A DNA stretch of 35,047 bases. Origin: Macrostomum lignano (lineage: Eukaryota). Below the pieces are notes generated by a model. That model was not told the DNA's origin, searched no databases, and saw only the letters and a program-made list of their open reading frames with translations. Where the stretch lies: NCBI GenBank assembly GCA_002269645.1, contig NIVC01004785.1:1-35047 (forward strand), read 5' to 3'. Of this stretch, positions 21,458 to 31,999 are shown one piece after another (the stretch's first letter is position 1; each line of letters opens with the position of its first letter). Both the position numbers and the translations under genes were made by a program.

Positions 21458-23402
21458 TTAAAGTTTGTTCAATTAGGCCTAGTAGGCCTAACTAGACCTA
21501 ATGTCATAGGGCCTAATCATATCATATATACAAACCATTTTGTTGAGACTTAGGCCTACAAACTATTTTTCTACATAAAATTGTCTAGGGAAAATAATAA
21601 AAAGCGATGGAAAAGTCTTCTTAAAAAATATTATTTAAAAGGACCCTAAACTAGGCCTAGGCCTAATAATATATTAAGTAGGCCTATGTATTGTGTGCTA
21701 AAAATCCTAGGAGCTAAAGTGGCTAAAATAAAGGAGAAAGTCCCAAAAATCTTCCAAATAAAGGAGATAAAGGAAATAAAGGAGGTTTGCCAAATAAAGG
21801 AGATAAAGAAGATAAGGGAGGGCGCGGGAACCCTGCAAATAAGGCCGAATTTCGTGTGATCACCAACTTTAATTGTTCATTTCTTTGAACATCGGTCTCT
21901 CTATGATGGCATTGTAAATAACCCTTGGCTTTAGCCTAAATCACGAAACATTTTCACGCGAAGAGGCTATTTTTATATCTTCTAGTAGCGAGTCTAAAGG
22001 ACCTAGTTAGAAAAAAGTAGCTCAAGCAATTTTTGCGCCAGTTGTAGGCCTACACTGGACTGGCCGACGATCTGGTTCGTGTCCGGACTAAGAAACTGGT
22101 ATTTTAATTTTCTTAAAGTCAAAAAACATACAAAAGCAAAAATTAAAAACACTGTGCTAAAAGTGTTTGTATATTTTTCAAGATAGTCATGACAATTTTA
22201 CAAATAATTATGCTTTTGTTATACTTCCTAAGCATAGTACGTTATGAAGTTTAGAACATATAGATTGGAGTTTACATTATGGAGTCGGGAATTATTAGAA
22301 TTATTGGTTGCAAACCCCATCTAATAATTCACATTAAGGTCGCTTTTAAACCGATAGTTAACCAAGGACTACCAAGGACGGTAAACTACGTTTCTTAGAA
22401 AGTGTTTAAAATAGCTACACTTACTGAGTTAAAAAAATTTAACTTTTCATATTAAATTTTTGTTATTGCTTTCGATTGGAGGCAGACCCGGTGTTCATTT
22501 CTGATATGTTTTGCCTTTCTTATAGCCCTATTGATATTCACCAAGCTTTTTGTTTAGAAGATTAGTATTATGGTAATTTTTTCTACGCATTTCCTGTACC
22601 TAAAAATCATAAAAATGCATGGCACAGCTTGAATCTTTGGTTTTATGAATCTATATTTTATCATCTGTTACACAGTGGGCTAAGAATGATAAAATTGACT
22701 CATAAAACCAATGAGCCGAGCTGTACGTTGCCTTTTTAATGCCAATGGCTAATTTTAGGCACAGGGCATGAAAAATGATACACGTAGAACTTTTGTTTTA
22801 AAGTAATTTGCTCTTCAGCTAAATGCACGTAGAAAAACAAACAGAAACATTACAGCTGAGAATTTTCATGAGCTTCTTGGTTTTGTTTTTCATACTATTG
22901 TTTACATGCATATGCATACATACATGTAAAAATGTATTTACAGTGGTGGACTAACACAATTGATGTGTGCAGATAAAGAACAGATGCGTCGTCGCCACGG
23001 GGGCGACATGGGGAGTGTGATCCCCCAGTAGAAGCTATATGGGGGACATGCTGTGCTTTGTCACTCACCTTGCACCTTGTTGTGGAAATCAATAATTTTG
23101 CTTCACGCCTTTTTCAGCAGGGCGCCTTAAGTGTCTGCGGTGCCAAAATGAGTACCTGCGGCTGCTGCGTCAAAATGAGTGGTTGCTATATGTATGTATA
23201 AAACATTTCCAATTCTCGAAAAAATGTGTACATACAGAATTCTTGGCTCTACCCTCGATCCTCACGATATCCATATGCGACCCCCCTAAAAATAGTATTC
23301 AACAACACATCTACAAGACTTCCAAAACAACTCCACGAAAAATGCTTCACCATTAAAGAATAACTCGTTTAAAAGACAGGGACTTTTAATTCTAACCTGT
23401 AG

Positions 23403-23612
23403 ACGGGGGTCAGCAAAATACAGCCCCACGGGAGGCATTCGGCTCTCGAAGCCTCTCTATTCGGCCCTCGGACCCTTTTAAAGTTCATAATAGCGATCCG
23501 GCCCGCTCAAGGTTTCTTATTCTCAGCTCTCTTCAATTCTCTCCTCTACTCTCATCTGGCCAGCAGCCATCAGCTGGATTTTCTATCTGGCCCTTGAAAT
23601 AAAATTTTGCCG
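23403..23612 (+). mobile_element. hAT/Charlie-like MITE fragment
   Basis: GGGGTCAGCAAAATACAGCCC start, internal CGGCCC motifs and GGCCC...AAAATTTTGCC end resemble Charlie-type MITEs; terminal bases are not intact. Confidence 0.45.
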
Positions 23613-23679
23613 TGTATCAAATATTTTATGAATAAAAATGTTTTCTTCAGCTGAAAACTAAAATAATAATACTCTATTA

Positions 23680-23965
23680 CACCACACCTGCCTTGGCGGC
23701 TGAGTTGTCGCTGTTGCACATCCGTTAATTGCAGCTATTCGGCGCATCTAAGAAGGCTGCGTACATGTACATGTACGGCTGTTCAGTCCAAGGACTGGGG
23801 AAGGGGGGTCGCCACACACACCCTCAATTACCCAAGCTAGCTGGTACCCATTTTACACAGCTGGGTGAAGCAATGCAGAGTTCAGTATCTCGCTGAAGGA
23901 CACAAATTATTCCGAGTGGGCTCATCGAACCTCCAACCTTTCAGTCGTGATTCCAACGCTCTAAC
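23680..23965 (-). mobile_element. CORE-type SINE family B, copy 2
   Basis: CAGCTATT.G.CGCATCT.AGAAGGCTGCGTAC...CCCATTTTACA.CAGCTGGGTGAA...GGACACA...CATCGAACC is colinear with 2632-2880. Confidence 0.75.
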
Positions 23966-24523
23966 TGACTTAATTAAAGAAACAAAAAGTAACTGCACAA
24001 TAAAAAACTTGGCAACTTGGCAAAAAATTACGCTAGTTTTTGTGTAATATACTGTGACGTTGTCAGTTGAGGTAGCCCCGACAAGGGCCGTTTTAGCGAA
24101 AGCAGTGCCAATCTATAATATTGTTAATTTAATGGTCTCGTACTCTCACGTCTGCTTAAAGTAATGCCCGAAGAATTTTAAAAAATATTGCGTGCGTTTG
24201 TAAAGCCTATGTACAATGCGATCGATAATTTCTGTTTACAAGTTGGTTTTTCTCGCCGGCCAATAGAAAAGCCGCGCATAAATTATGCTAGCCTGAAATT
24301 AAGCTCTCCTCGCGCATCCACCCCCAGCCCGCTCTTTATCAGTCCTGTCTGGCTGGGGCGCCCGGGGTTAGACCCTTGTTTTTCAACCCTTGTTTGCTTG
24401 TTTACCCGTCTTGTCTCTCCGCCTCGCTCCGCCAGTTCTAAACCACGCCTCTGCCAAGTCTCAGTCACGCCACCGCCACCGTCTGTAAAGGGTTCTCGCT
24501 ACGAGTACCGCCACCACACGATC

Positions 24524-24820
24524 CATACATGTGCAACAGTCGGCCAAGTCGGCCGATCCGGCCGACCGATTTGGCGGCCAACCAAGGAAGTCGCAAAAAT
24601 GCCCACCCGAAAAAACACCAAGTAGTAGTACTAAGTAGCTGACGAGACATCTTGGCTTTTAAAGACAGTCATAGTTACTCCTGCCGTTTACCCAAAGTTG
24701 CGTTAATTTTGCTTTCGGGTTTTTTTACATGTAAGTCGCATTTTTGGCCAAAAACTACGTCGCATTTTTGTTAAAACTAAGTCGCACGGCCGACCGAATT
24801 TTGGAGGTTGCGCATGTATG
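24524..24820. mobile_element. hAT MITE, 297 bp, with perfect 8-bp TSD
   Basis: TIRs CATACATGTGCAAC / GTTGCGCATGTATG (13/14); TSD ACACGATC at 24516-24523 and 24821-24828; internal GTCGC and CGGCCGA repeats. Confidence 0.92.
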
Positions 24821-26064
24821 ACACGATCACTGCGATCACATCGTCGCCATTGCCTCAGGCTCATCGACTCGCTCGCTCTATCATCTATAATCTATCTTAT
24901 TGTTGCGTAGCCGCCCAGTGCATTCCTTACGGATTCAGCAAATACTCTGGCCCATCTCTATTAAATCATCAAGTGCTACCGCTATACAAAATTGTCTCTG
25001 CTGTAGTTGTCTTCGTCAGTTGATTTCGAGTCTGCCGGTTAATCGTCACAATCCCAGAAAATATATTATAACGATTATAATCAATATGGAAAAGATCATA
25101 GCTACCAAAAAATTACAGAAAAAGAGCAGACTGCCCTGTACTGACTTTTGCATCGGGAAAAATTGACTTTCAACAACAACAAAAACTAAATTGAAGTACA
25201 TATACAAGCTAATATACATGTAAGTGGGCGGCTAATACCAAATGCAAAACTTGCAAAGTTCATTTTACTTACTCTAGTAAAAGTTCAAAAAACAAATAAA
25301 GAATATAAATGAATGATTGCTTGCGAGAAATTGTGGAAGACAAATTATCGGGTTTTTCGTCATAATTGGAACAAAATAAAAGCGGGTCATGACATATTTT
25401 GTTATAATTGCACCGAACTGGTCGCAAAAAGGGCAGCTGATGGAAGAGCTGTAAAGACTCTTAACTATTTGTTATAAAAAGTTTCTTGATCTGCTACAAT
25501 GACCACACGGACGCGTTGCTTTAAAATGCATCATCCAAATTGGCCCAGCCATTAATTAACAAGTCTTTAATAGTAAATTTACGATTTCTTACTTACTATC
25601 CGTACTTTGGGCGATAACATGAAAATTAGCTAGCATGCGTTTGGTTCAATGCACAGATACTAGAATAATTAGATGGGCCATCTCAGCACATTTGGGCTAC
25701 TTTCAGTTCAGTAGCAAGTTAAACAGAAGCATTTTGATGTATTTTAAAGCCAAGACTCATTTATTGGCTCTTACCCCCCCCCCCTCAGCATAAACCCTCT
25801 CCAACCGTGCCTTTCCACACTATAACTTCTTTCTATATATATAACGAAGTGTTCCTTAATGGTCATTGCTTCCAACGTAATGCCAACTTCCATGTGTATA
25901 TTGCAGTATAAATGGCTGAAAAGTTCCCATCCTGCAAATGCATTTTCAAGCGAAATCAGGCTCACTCAATTTTGCAGTGCGACCGTCTCACTATCAGTGG
26001 TCCTTGATCTTCGACTCATTGTCATAAATCAGCCAGAAGACGCTTCTCGACTGAACTGACTCAC

Positions 26065-26317
26065 ATCCTCTCCGACCTGCTCCTCCTGCTCGGCCATGTC
26101 AGCCACTGGCTGCTGATCCTGAAGCTCTGACAGCTCAGCAGCTGCGGCCACGGCGCGTCTGGCTAACAGGGTGAGCAGATGGCGCCTAATTGGCGCCGGA
26201 TCGTCAGCGGGCAGCAGCCGAATGGAGCAGCCACGAACCGGCAAGATCAAAGCCGGCGGCGACTCAGACGGTCGCAACGGCGGCGGCTGCGGCAGTTTCT
26301 GGCAAAGAAGTGCTGCC
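26065..26317 (-). CDS. XRCC4-superfamily (PAXX-like) gene, coding exon 2
   Basis: Acceptor ctccctacacAG (phase 2) gives (R)AALLCQKLP...ALILPVRGCSIRLLPADDPAPIRRHLLTLLARRAVAAAAELSELQDQQ...GED. Donor GAT/GTGAGT at 26064 is phase 0; alternatively the frame reads through to a stop at 26029. Confidence 0.72.
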
Positions 26318-26380
26318 CTGTGTAGGGAGTTTATTGAAGGGGATATGAAAATTTACCACTGGTAATAATAAAATTAATAA

Positions 26381-26650
26381 TTGATTACACCTGCCCTAAT
26401 AGGCAGATGTGCAACCGACAGCTCAGTCGCAGCTATTGCGCAGCGCATCTGAAGGCTGCGTACGGCTGTTCGGTCCATAGACTGGGGGGGGGGGGGGTTC
26501 GCCACACACTTTCAAATACCCCAGCTAATGCTGGCACCCATTTTACAGCTGGGTGAACTGAAGCAATGCAGAGTAAAGTGTCTTGCTTAAGGACACAGAT
26601 TGTTCCGAGTGTCAAGAATCGAACCACCAACCTTCAAGTCGTGGACAAAT
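26381..26650 (-). mobile_element. CORE-type SINE family B, copy 3
   Basis: TTGATTACACC...CAGCTATTGCGCAGCGCATCTGAAGGCTGCGTACGG...CCCATTTTACAGCTGGGTGAACTGAAGCAATGCAGAGT.AAGTGTCTTGC...GAATCGAACC; very similar to copy 1. Confidence 0.8.
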
Positions 26651-28835
26651 TTGAGTAATCTGCAAACTTCTGCGGGTCAACTGTGTAAAGGCTAGGGTAG
26701 GGTAGAGACGTAGGTATTTTATTTGAGTTTGAACTTTTGTGATTGTGACTGACCTATGAGTGCCCGCCTGCGTACAGCCTCCGCGCGCTTGTATGTGCTC
26801 AGAAATCAGCGGAATGGGCAGAATTTGCCCCGGCATTTACACGTAAGAGATTATTGCTTAACCTCAATAATGGAGACATTAAGGAAAGGTAACAAAGGTC
26901 ATTTTATATTGAAATAATCTCACCTGCGGCGCTAAAATTGCACAAAAATATTACAGGCAAATGAGAATCGTGCCTGAACACTATAGTATCAGCGATGTGT
27001 TGTGCTAGTTAAACAGTTAACTGGTTTGTAAATCTTGACTTCTGTAAAGAATAGCATTGTAAGAGCTGCTTTCATTTGATTTTCTCAGCTACCAATTTTT
27101 TTACAAGCAGCTTTAGTGTATGAAACGTGTTTTTTGCAAAGAGCGATTTCTACTCCAGAAAGGACAAAAACAAAATCCTTCTAGTGTAAACAGAGATTTT
27201 CTAATCAAAGCATACAAGCAGCTAGTCCGCGACTGATAAAACTGAGACTGAAAATTCTAACATTAAACTTTTTGGCACAGTTTTTTAGCTAGCTCAAAAC
27301 TCTGCTTCGATCACAAGCCGATGGCATTCGTTTGACAATCTAGCATATGGTCCACGATTCTGGGACTGATCGTGCTCCTCCGCTGCAAATGAAGCATTGC
27401 TCTCGTCCCCACTGCTTGTGACAGTCTGTCTAAATGAAAACCTAGGGATGAAACTGTAGCTCGTTCAGCTGCTATGAACCAAATAGATGCTTGTTGGACT
27501 AACAAATAGCCGATAGCTTCAATCAAAGATCATATATACACAAGATGGGCCACTCATTAACCACTTATGTGGCCATAGAAGCTAATGTTAAAAATTTTGC
27601 AACTCGTGACAGCTCAAAAATCAACTAGCCACTGAACTCAATTTAATCAGTAGTCTCTGCAGTGCATGCATCAGTCTTAGTTTGATGGAGTAGCTTTTTA
27701 TTAAATTCATTTCCCTATGTCCCTAAGCTACTGAAATCAAAATTTAAGCAACCCATGTTGGCTTTTGTCGCACAAGTGACGAAAAACAGCGGTCGGACTT
27801 TCCCTATTGCTGCAATACCAAGGGGCCTATCTAGAGAATATAAGATCTATGGTATATATGGACCAAATAGCTCCATTACTATGGCAAACATATCTTGGAT
27901 ACCAAAATTGGTTTTGCTGTTTATGATCTAATTCTTCATTGAATCAGAAGCCAGATACCCTAGTATATTTAACTCATTTTGTTTAAATAATAGTTTTTCT
28001 ATGGCCGCCAACGTTTAAAGCCAACAGTACTGAACACACTCAGAGAGATATAGCTCGTAAGTTAAGAGGAGAAATGAAGAAGAGTCAGAAATATTCGCTA
28101 CTAAGTCTACATTTTCTGCAAAGTCATTTAATTCTACCAAGCACCTTAAAGAAATGCGAGCGAATGATAGTTAGAGCTACATGTACGTTTAAGGAGTTGC
28201 ATGAGGCGAAAAAAACAAACTTGGGAGTTCCTGCAGCGGACCTGCAATGATGCATGTTTCTGAAAGAGATGGACGAGTTCACCAAGTTGGATCTAGCGGC
28301 TGATGAAACTTTTCATCCTGGAGATGTCGAGGAGCATCTAGGCGGATCCGGAATTGAGGAGTGCAATACAATTGCGTCAATGATGCTATATCGGCTAGCG
28401 AGGGTAAGGCTTCGGGTTAGAGAAATCTTCGTCCGTTTCAAAATCTATCTACATGTAGCAGGACCGGTGCAAGTGAGATGCAAATAACCTTAGAGAAATC
28501 AGATTTTTCTCCACCGAAAATGTCTACCTTTCGAAAACCTTATTCTCGAGAGCGTTATACCTTTTTACCGGCCAGCTCCAGTTTGTATCTAAAAAATCGA
28601 GCGTAGCGCGCGTCATACTACTTTACTTTATTCTATGATCGTCAGTCTTAATAGTGATCGAAATATTCTTTAGTTTAGCTCTTTAGGCTGGCACAGTTGC
28701 CGCAGCCAACACAGATTGCCAGCTACATGTACATGCATGTGTAATTTATAAATCCAATACACTAATAGCCTACAAGTAACAAAATATCCTAAAAAACCGT
28801 TGAAAATCAAGAAACTACTGAGAACGTGCACGCAC

Positions 28836-29056
28836 CTCACAGCGCTAAATACGCTAGAATCGTCTTCCAGGCCCAATTTGACGCGCAGTTCGGCCAGCTT
28901 GGCCCGGTCAATTTTGGCGCAATAGACGGCATCGCCGTCGGACAGAGACAGCCAGAGCGCGGAGTCGCGCAGCTCGCCAATTAGACTGAACCCGCCGCCA
29001 GCTGGCAAGAGCAGCGAGTCAAGGCCGGACAGCTTTACCAGGCGGTCAAATGACAT
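28836..29056 (-). CDS. XRCC4-superfamily (PAXX-like) gene, coding exon 1
   Basis: ATG at 29056 gives MSFDRLVKL...LWLSLSDGDAVYCAKIDRAKLAELRVKLGLEDDSSVFSAVR; donor AG/GTGCGT at 28835 (phase 2) matches exon 2. Resembles the PAXX head (LYVTDAAELWSTCFTPDSLAALKARFGLSAAEDITPRFRAAC) and the XRCC4 head (ITLTDGHSAW...ELRKALL). Alignment by eye only. Confidence 0.72.
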
Positions 29057-29195
29057 TTTAATGAGTATCGATGCGGTGTAGTATCCGCGCTGACTGCAAG
29101 TTGAACCAAAATTTTCTCAAAATCAGATTTTAAAGGCTGTGCACACACGGGTGTACTGTGTGTATATTGATTTGGTTTGCAGTGATGATTTTAAA

Positions 29196-29470
29196 TGATT
29201 TGATCTGGTATAATTTGCTCTCGTACGATTTGATCTTGTACGACTTGATCTTGTATGATTTGATCTTGCATAAATTGATCTTCTAAGGTTTTTTCTTGTA
29301 TGATTTGATCTTGTTCGGTTTGTTCTTCTTTAATTTGATATTGTACGACTTGATCTTGCATGATTTGATGTTGTACGATTTGATCTTTTATGATTTGATG
29401 TAGTACGATTTGATCTTGTACGACTGGATCTCGTAAGACTTGATCTTGTATGATTTGATGCTGTATGATC
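29196..29470. repeat. 15-bp minisatellite (ATTTGATCTTGTACG)n, about 18 degenerate copies, between CIAO2B and the PAXX-like gene
   Basis: Period 15 read directly. Confidence 0.93.
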
Positions 29471-30067
29471 GATTGGAAATTGGGGTATAATAGTCGTTAA
29501 AGGGATATGAAAATAAAAAAATACTAAGCTAACAACTATAAAACTAATTTATACTTAGCTATTAATTTTTTGGAGCATGTAAACAAAAAACAAAGCTTGT
29601 ACAATTTGAGCAGGCTCTCAAAGTATCTGTACCAATGTTAGGATAGTGTATTGTGTCAATTTATTCAAGCATTCAAGCATGCGAAAATGCTTTCTTTGCT
29701 TAAAGAAATGTTAACGAACGATCGGAACGAATCATGATTAAGTTTGACTGCTATTTGTAGGGCCGGTTTATAATATAGCAGAACAACAGGTTGACATTTA
29801 ATTGGAAAAGATTACACCAATCTAATATGCCAGATACGGAAGCGAAAATATGAAATTAGTCACGTTATGGAAAAAAATATGAGACAATTTACAATTCACA
29901 AAGAGCACGAGCTATGGATTCGAAATCCCAGGGATTCCAAACACGACTCCCAATTCCAAATCAAGGATTCCAAAAAGATTTACAAATTCCAAATTGATTG
30001 CTGGACATTGGATTTCTAACAAAGAAATCTAACCCCAAATTGTAATAAATAATTCTTAACCGAACAC

Positions 30068-30217
30068 TCAGTGCTCGCGCATTTCACCCAGACACTGGTT
30101 GACAACAGCCAGAAGGTGGGTATTCTCCAGAGCGGCCGCCACGCGCTCTTTATCGGCTAGCTGTTTGTTAATCGCCTCCTCAGAGTTGTGCGTGCCCGGA
30201 GCGATTCGGACGCCTAC
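30068..30217 (-). CDS. CIAO2B: CIAO2B/FAM96B/MIP18 coding exon 2 (terminal; not in the ORF track on this strand)
   Basis: Acceptor ccccaaccaacAG (phase 0); encodes [49 protein letters not shown], matching human [39 protein letters not shown]. Confidence 0.97.
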   Translation of the reverse strand, partial: VGVRIAPGTHNSEEAINKQLADKERVAAALENTHLLAVVNQCLGEMREH

Positions 30218-30268
30218 CTGTTGGTTGGGGCGGAGTTTCGATATTTATTACTTGCAGTGGAGTTGGGA

Positions 30269-30275
30269 CTATCTG

Positions 30276-30310
<35 letters not shown>

Positions 30311-30424
30311 GTCTATCTATCTATCTGTCTATCTATCTGTCTATCTATCTATCTATCTATCTATCTGTCTATCTGTCTATCTATCTGTCTATCTATCTAT
30401 CTGTCTATCTATCTATCTATCTAT
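30269..30424. repeat. (TCTA/TCTG)n tetranucleotide microsatellite in the CIAO2B intron
   Basis: About 39 tandem TCTA/TCTG units. Confidence 0.98.
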
Positions 30425-30661
30425 CAACAAAGTACCAAACTATCTATCCGTATATATTAGCAATATAGCTCGTATAATAAATCAACGTATCCAGCCCGCA
30501 ATAGTTATACAAGCGACCTCTTAATCTTAAGAAATCTACTATAGCTATAATAAAAGACAAAGATCATAATAAGTAAAAACTTTTCCCTTTAGTCTACTAA
30601 CAGTAGAAACAGTAGAAATATACGCGCACAAATCTAAGTAACATTAAACTTTTTTACAAAC

Positions 30662-30976
30662 CTTGAAGCGCGAGGGCAGCGACCGGATCAGCTTGACCCG
30701 AATGCTCAGACCGATGAGAGTCGCTTGGCTGCAGTGCGGGATGGTCGGCGTGAATTCTATGCTAATCCGATTGGCCGGATCATCAACCTGAACGGCAGCC
30801 TCGCTGACAACGCCGAGCTCTTCTAGCGTTAGCGGATGCTCCGGATCGTTGATAACCCGGATTAAGTCGAATACTTCGCGAGCATCGAACTGATCAGCAA
30901 GGTCTTCGTTAAGCATGCCAGGCGTTATTGGACGCTCGGTAGTCCTGGCGTACACAACTGGGTTGGCATTGTCCAT
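30662..30976 (-). CDS. CIAO2B: CIAO2B/FAM96B/MIP18 (cytosolic Fe-S assembly component) coding exon 1; full protein 154 aa
   Basis: MDNANPVVY...[27 protein letters not shown]...[31 protein letters not shown]; [11 protein letters not shown] and LSI(R/K)VKL are CIAO2B- rather than CIAO2A-type. Donor AAG/GTTTGT at 30661 (phase 0). An in-frame upstream ATG exists at 31027. Confidence 0.97.
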
Positions 30977-31032
30977 GGCGTAGTGTATAGGCGCACTGCT
31001 GCTGGAATCAGAGAGACAGTATGCCATTTTTA

Positions 31033-31999
31033 ACAAGCTGAGCAATATCTTGTGAGTCCCTGACAAGCTGAGCAATACCTTGTGAGTCCCTGACAATCTG
31101 AGCAATCTCTTGTGAGTCCCTGACAATCTCAGCAATCTCTTGTGAGTCCCTGACAATCTGAGCAATATCTTGTGAGTCCCTGACAAGCTGAGCAATATCT
31201 TGTGAGTCCCTGACAATCGGATCAATCTCTTGTGACTTTGTGAGTTCTCGACAATCTGAGCAATCTCTTGTGAGTCCCTGACAATCGGAGCAACACCTTG
31301 TGAGTCCCTGACAATCTGAGCAATCTCTTGTGAGTCCCTGACAATCTGAGCAATATATTGTGAGTCCCTGACAATCGGAGCAATATCTTGTGAGTCCCTG
31401 ACAATCTGAGCAATCTCTTGTGAGTCCCTGACAATCTGAGCAATATATTGTGAGTCCCTGACAATCGGAGCAATATCTTGTGAGTCTCTGACAATCTGAG
31501 CAATCTCTTGTGACTTTGTGAGTTCTCGACAATCTGAGCAATATCTTGTGAGTCCCTGACAATCTGAGCAATATTGTGAGTCCCTGACAATCGGAGCAAT
31601 ATATTGTGAGTCCCTGACAATCTGAGCAATCTCTTGTGAGTCCCTGACAATCGGAGCAATATATTGTGAGTCCCTGACAATCTGAGCAATCTCTTGTGAG
31701 TCCCTGACAATCTGGGCAATATATTGTGAGTTCTCGACAATCTGAGCAATCTCTTGTGACTGAGTTCTCGACAATCTGAGCAATCTCTTGTGACTTTGTG
31801 AGTTCCCGACAATCTGAGCAATCTCTTGTGACTTTGTGAGTTCTCGACAATCTGAGCAATCTCTTGTGAGTCCCTGACAATCTGAGCAATATATTGTGAG
31901 TTCCCAACAATCTGAGCAATCTCTTGTGAATTTGTGAGGTCCCGACAATCTGAGCAATCTCTTGTGAGTCCCTGACAATCCGAGCAATCTCTCGTGAGT
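31033..31999. repeat. 30-bp minisatellite (TCTGAGCAATCTCTTGTGAGTCCCTGACAA)n, about 31 copies, immediately 5' of CIAO2B
   Basis: Period 30 with some 39-bp and shorter variant units; generates the long repeat ORFs at 30644-31987. Confidence 0.98.

Larger units (their letters stand above)
17128..21835. mobile_element. Putative 4.7-kb composite non-autonomous hAT-like element carrying nested insertions
   Basis: Ends TAGGGTGCCTAC / GCGGGAACCCTG (imperfect YAGGGT.CC TIR); AAATAAAGGAG subterminal repeats (2 at the left end, 4 at the right); CAAATA on both flanks (17122-17127, 21836-21841). Confidence 0.55.

Noticed and set aside
24188-24625. 145-aa plus-strand ORF
   Set aside because: It runs across a GC-rich non-coding patch and into the hAT MITE; no domain.
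27300-28490. ORFs 27311-27526 and 28254-28487 inside the PAXX-like intron
   Set aside because: Short and unrecognisable; possibly a decayed transposon, but I could not assign motifs.
29497-30590. Second Kolobok-like element starting TTAA-AGGGATATGAAA
   Set aside because: No convincing matching right TIR with TTAA, and the span would include CIAO2B exon 2.
31008-31987. 303-aa Cys-rich (CSDC) and 199-aa ORFs resembling zinc-binding repeats
   Set aside because: Alternative frames of the 30-bp array with no ATG start; only the CIAO2B part is supported by homology.
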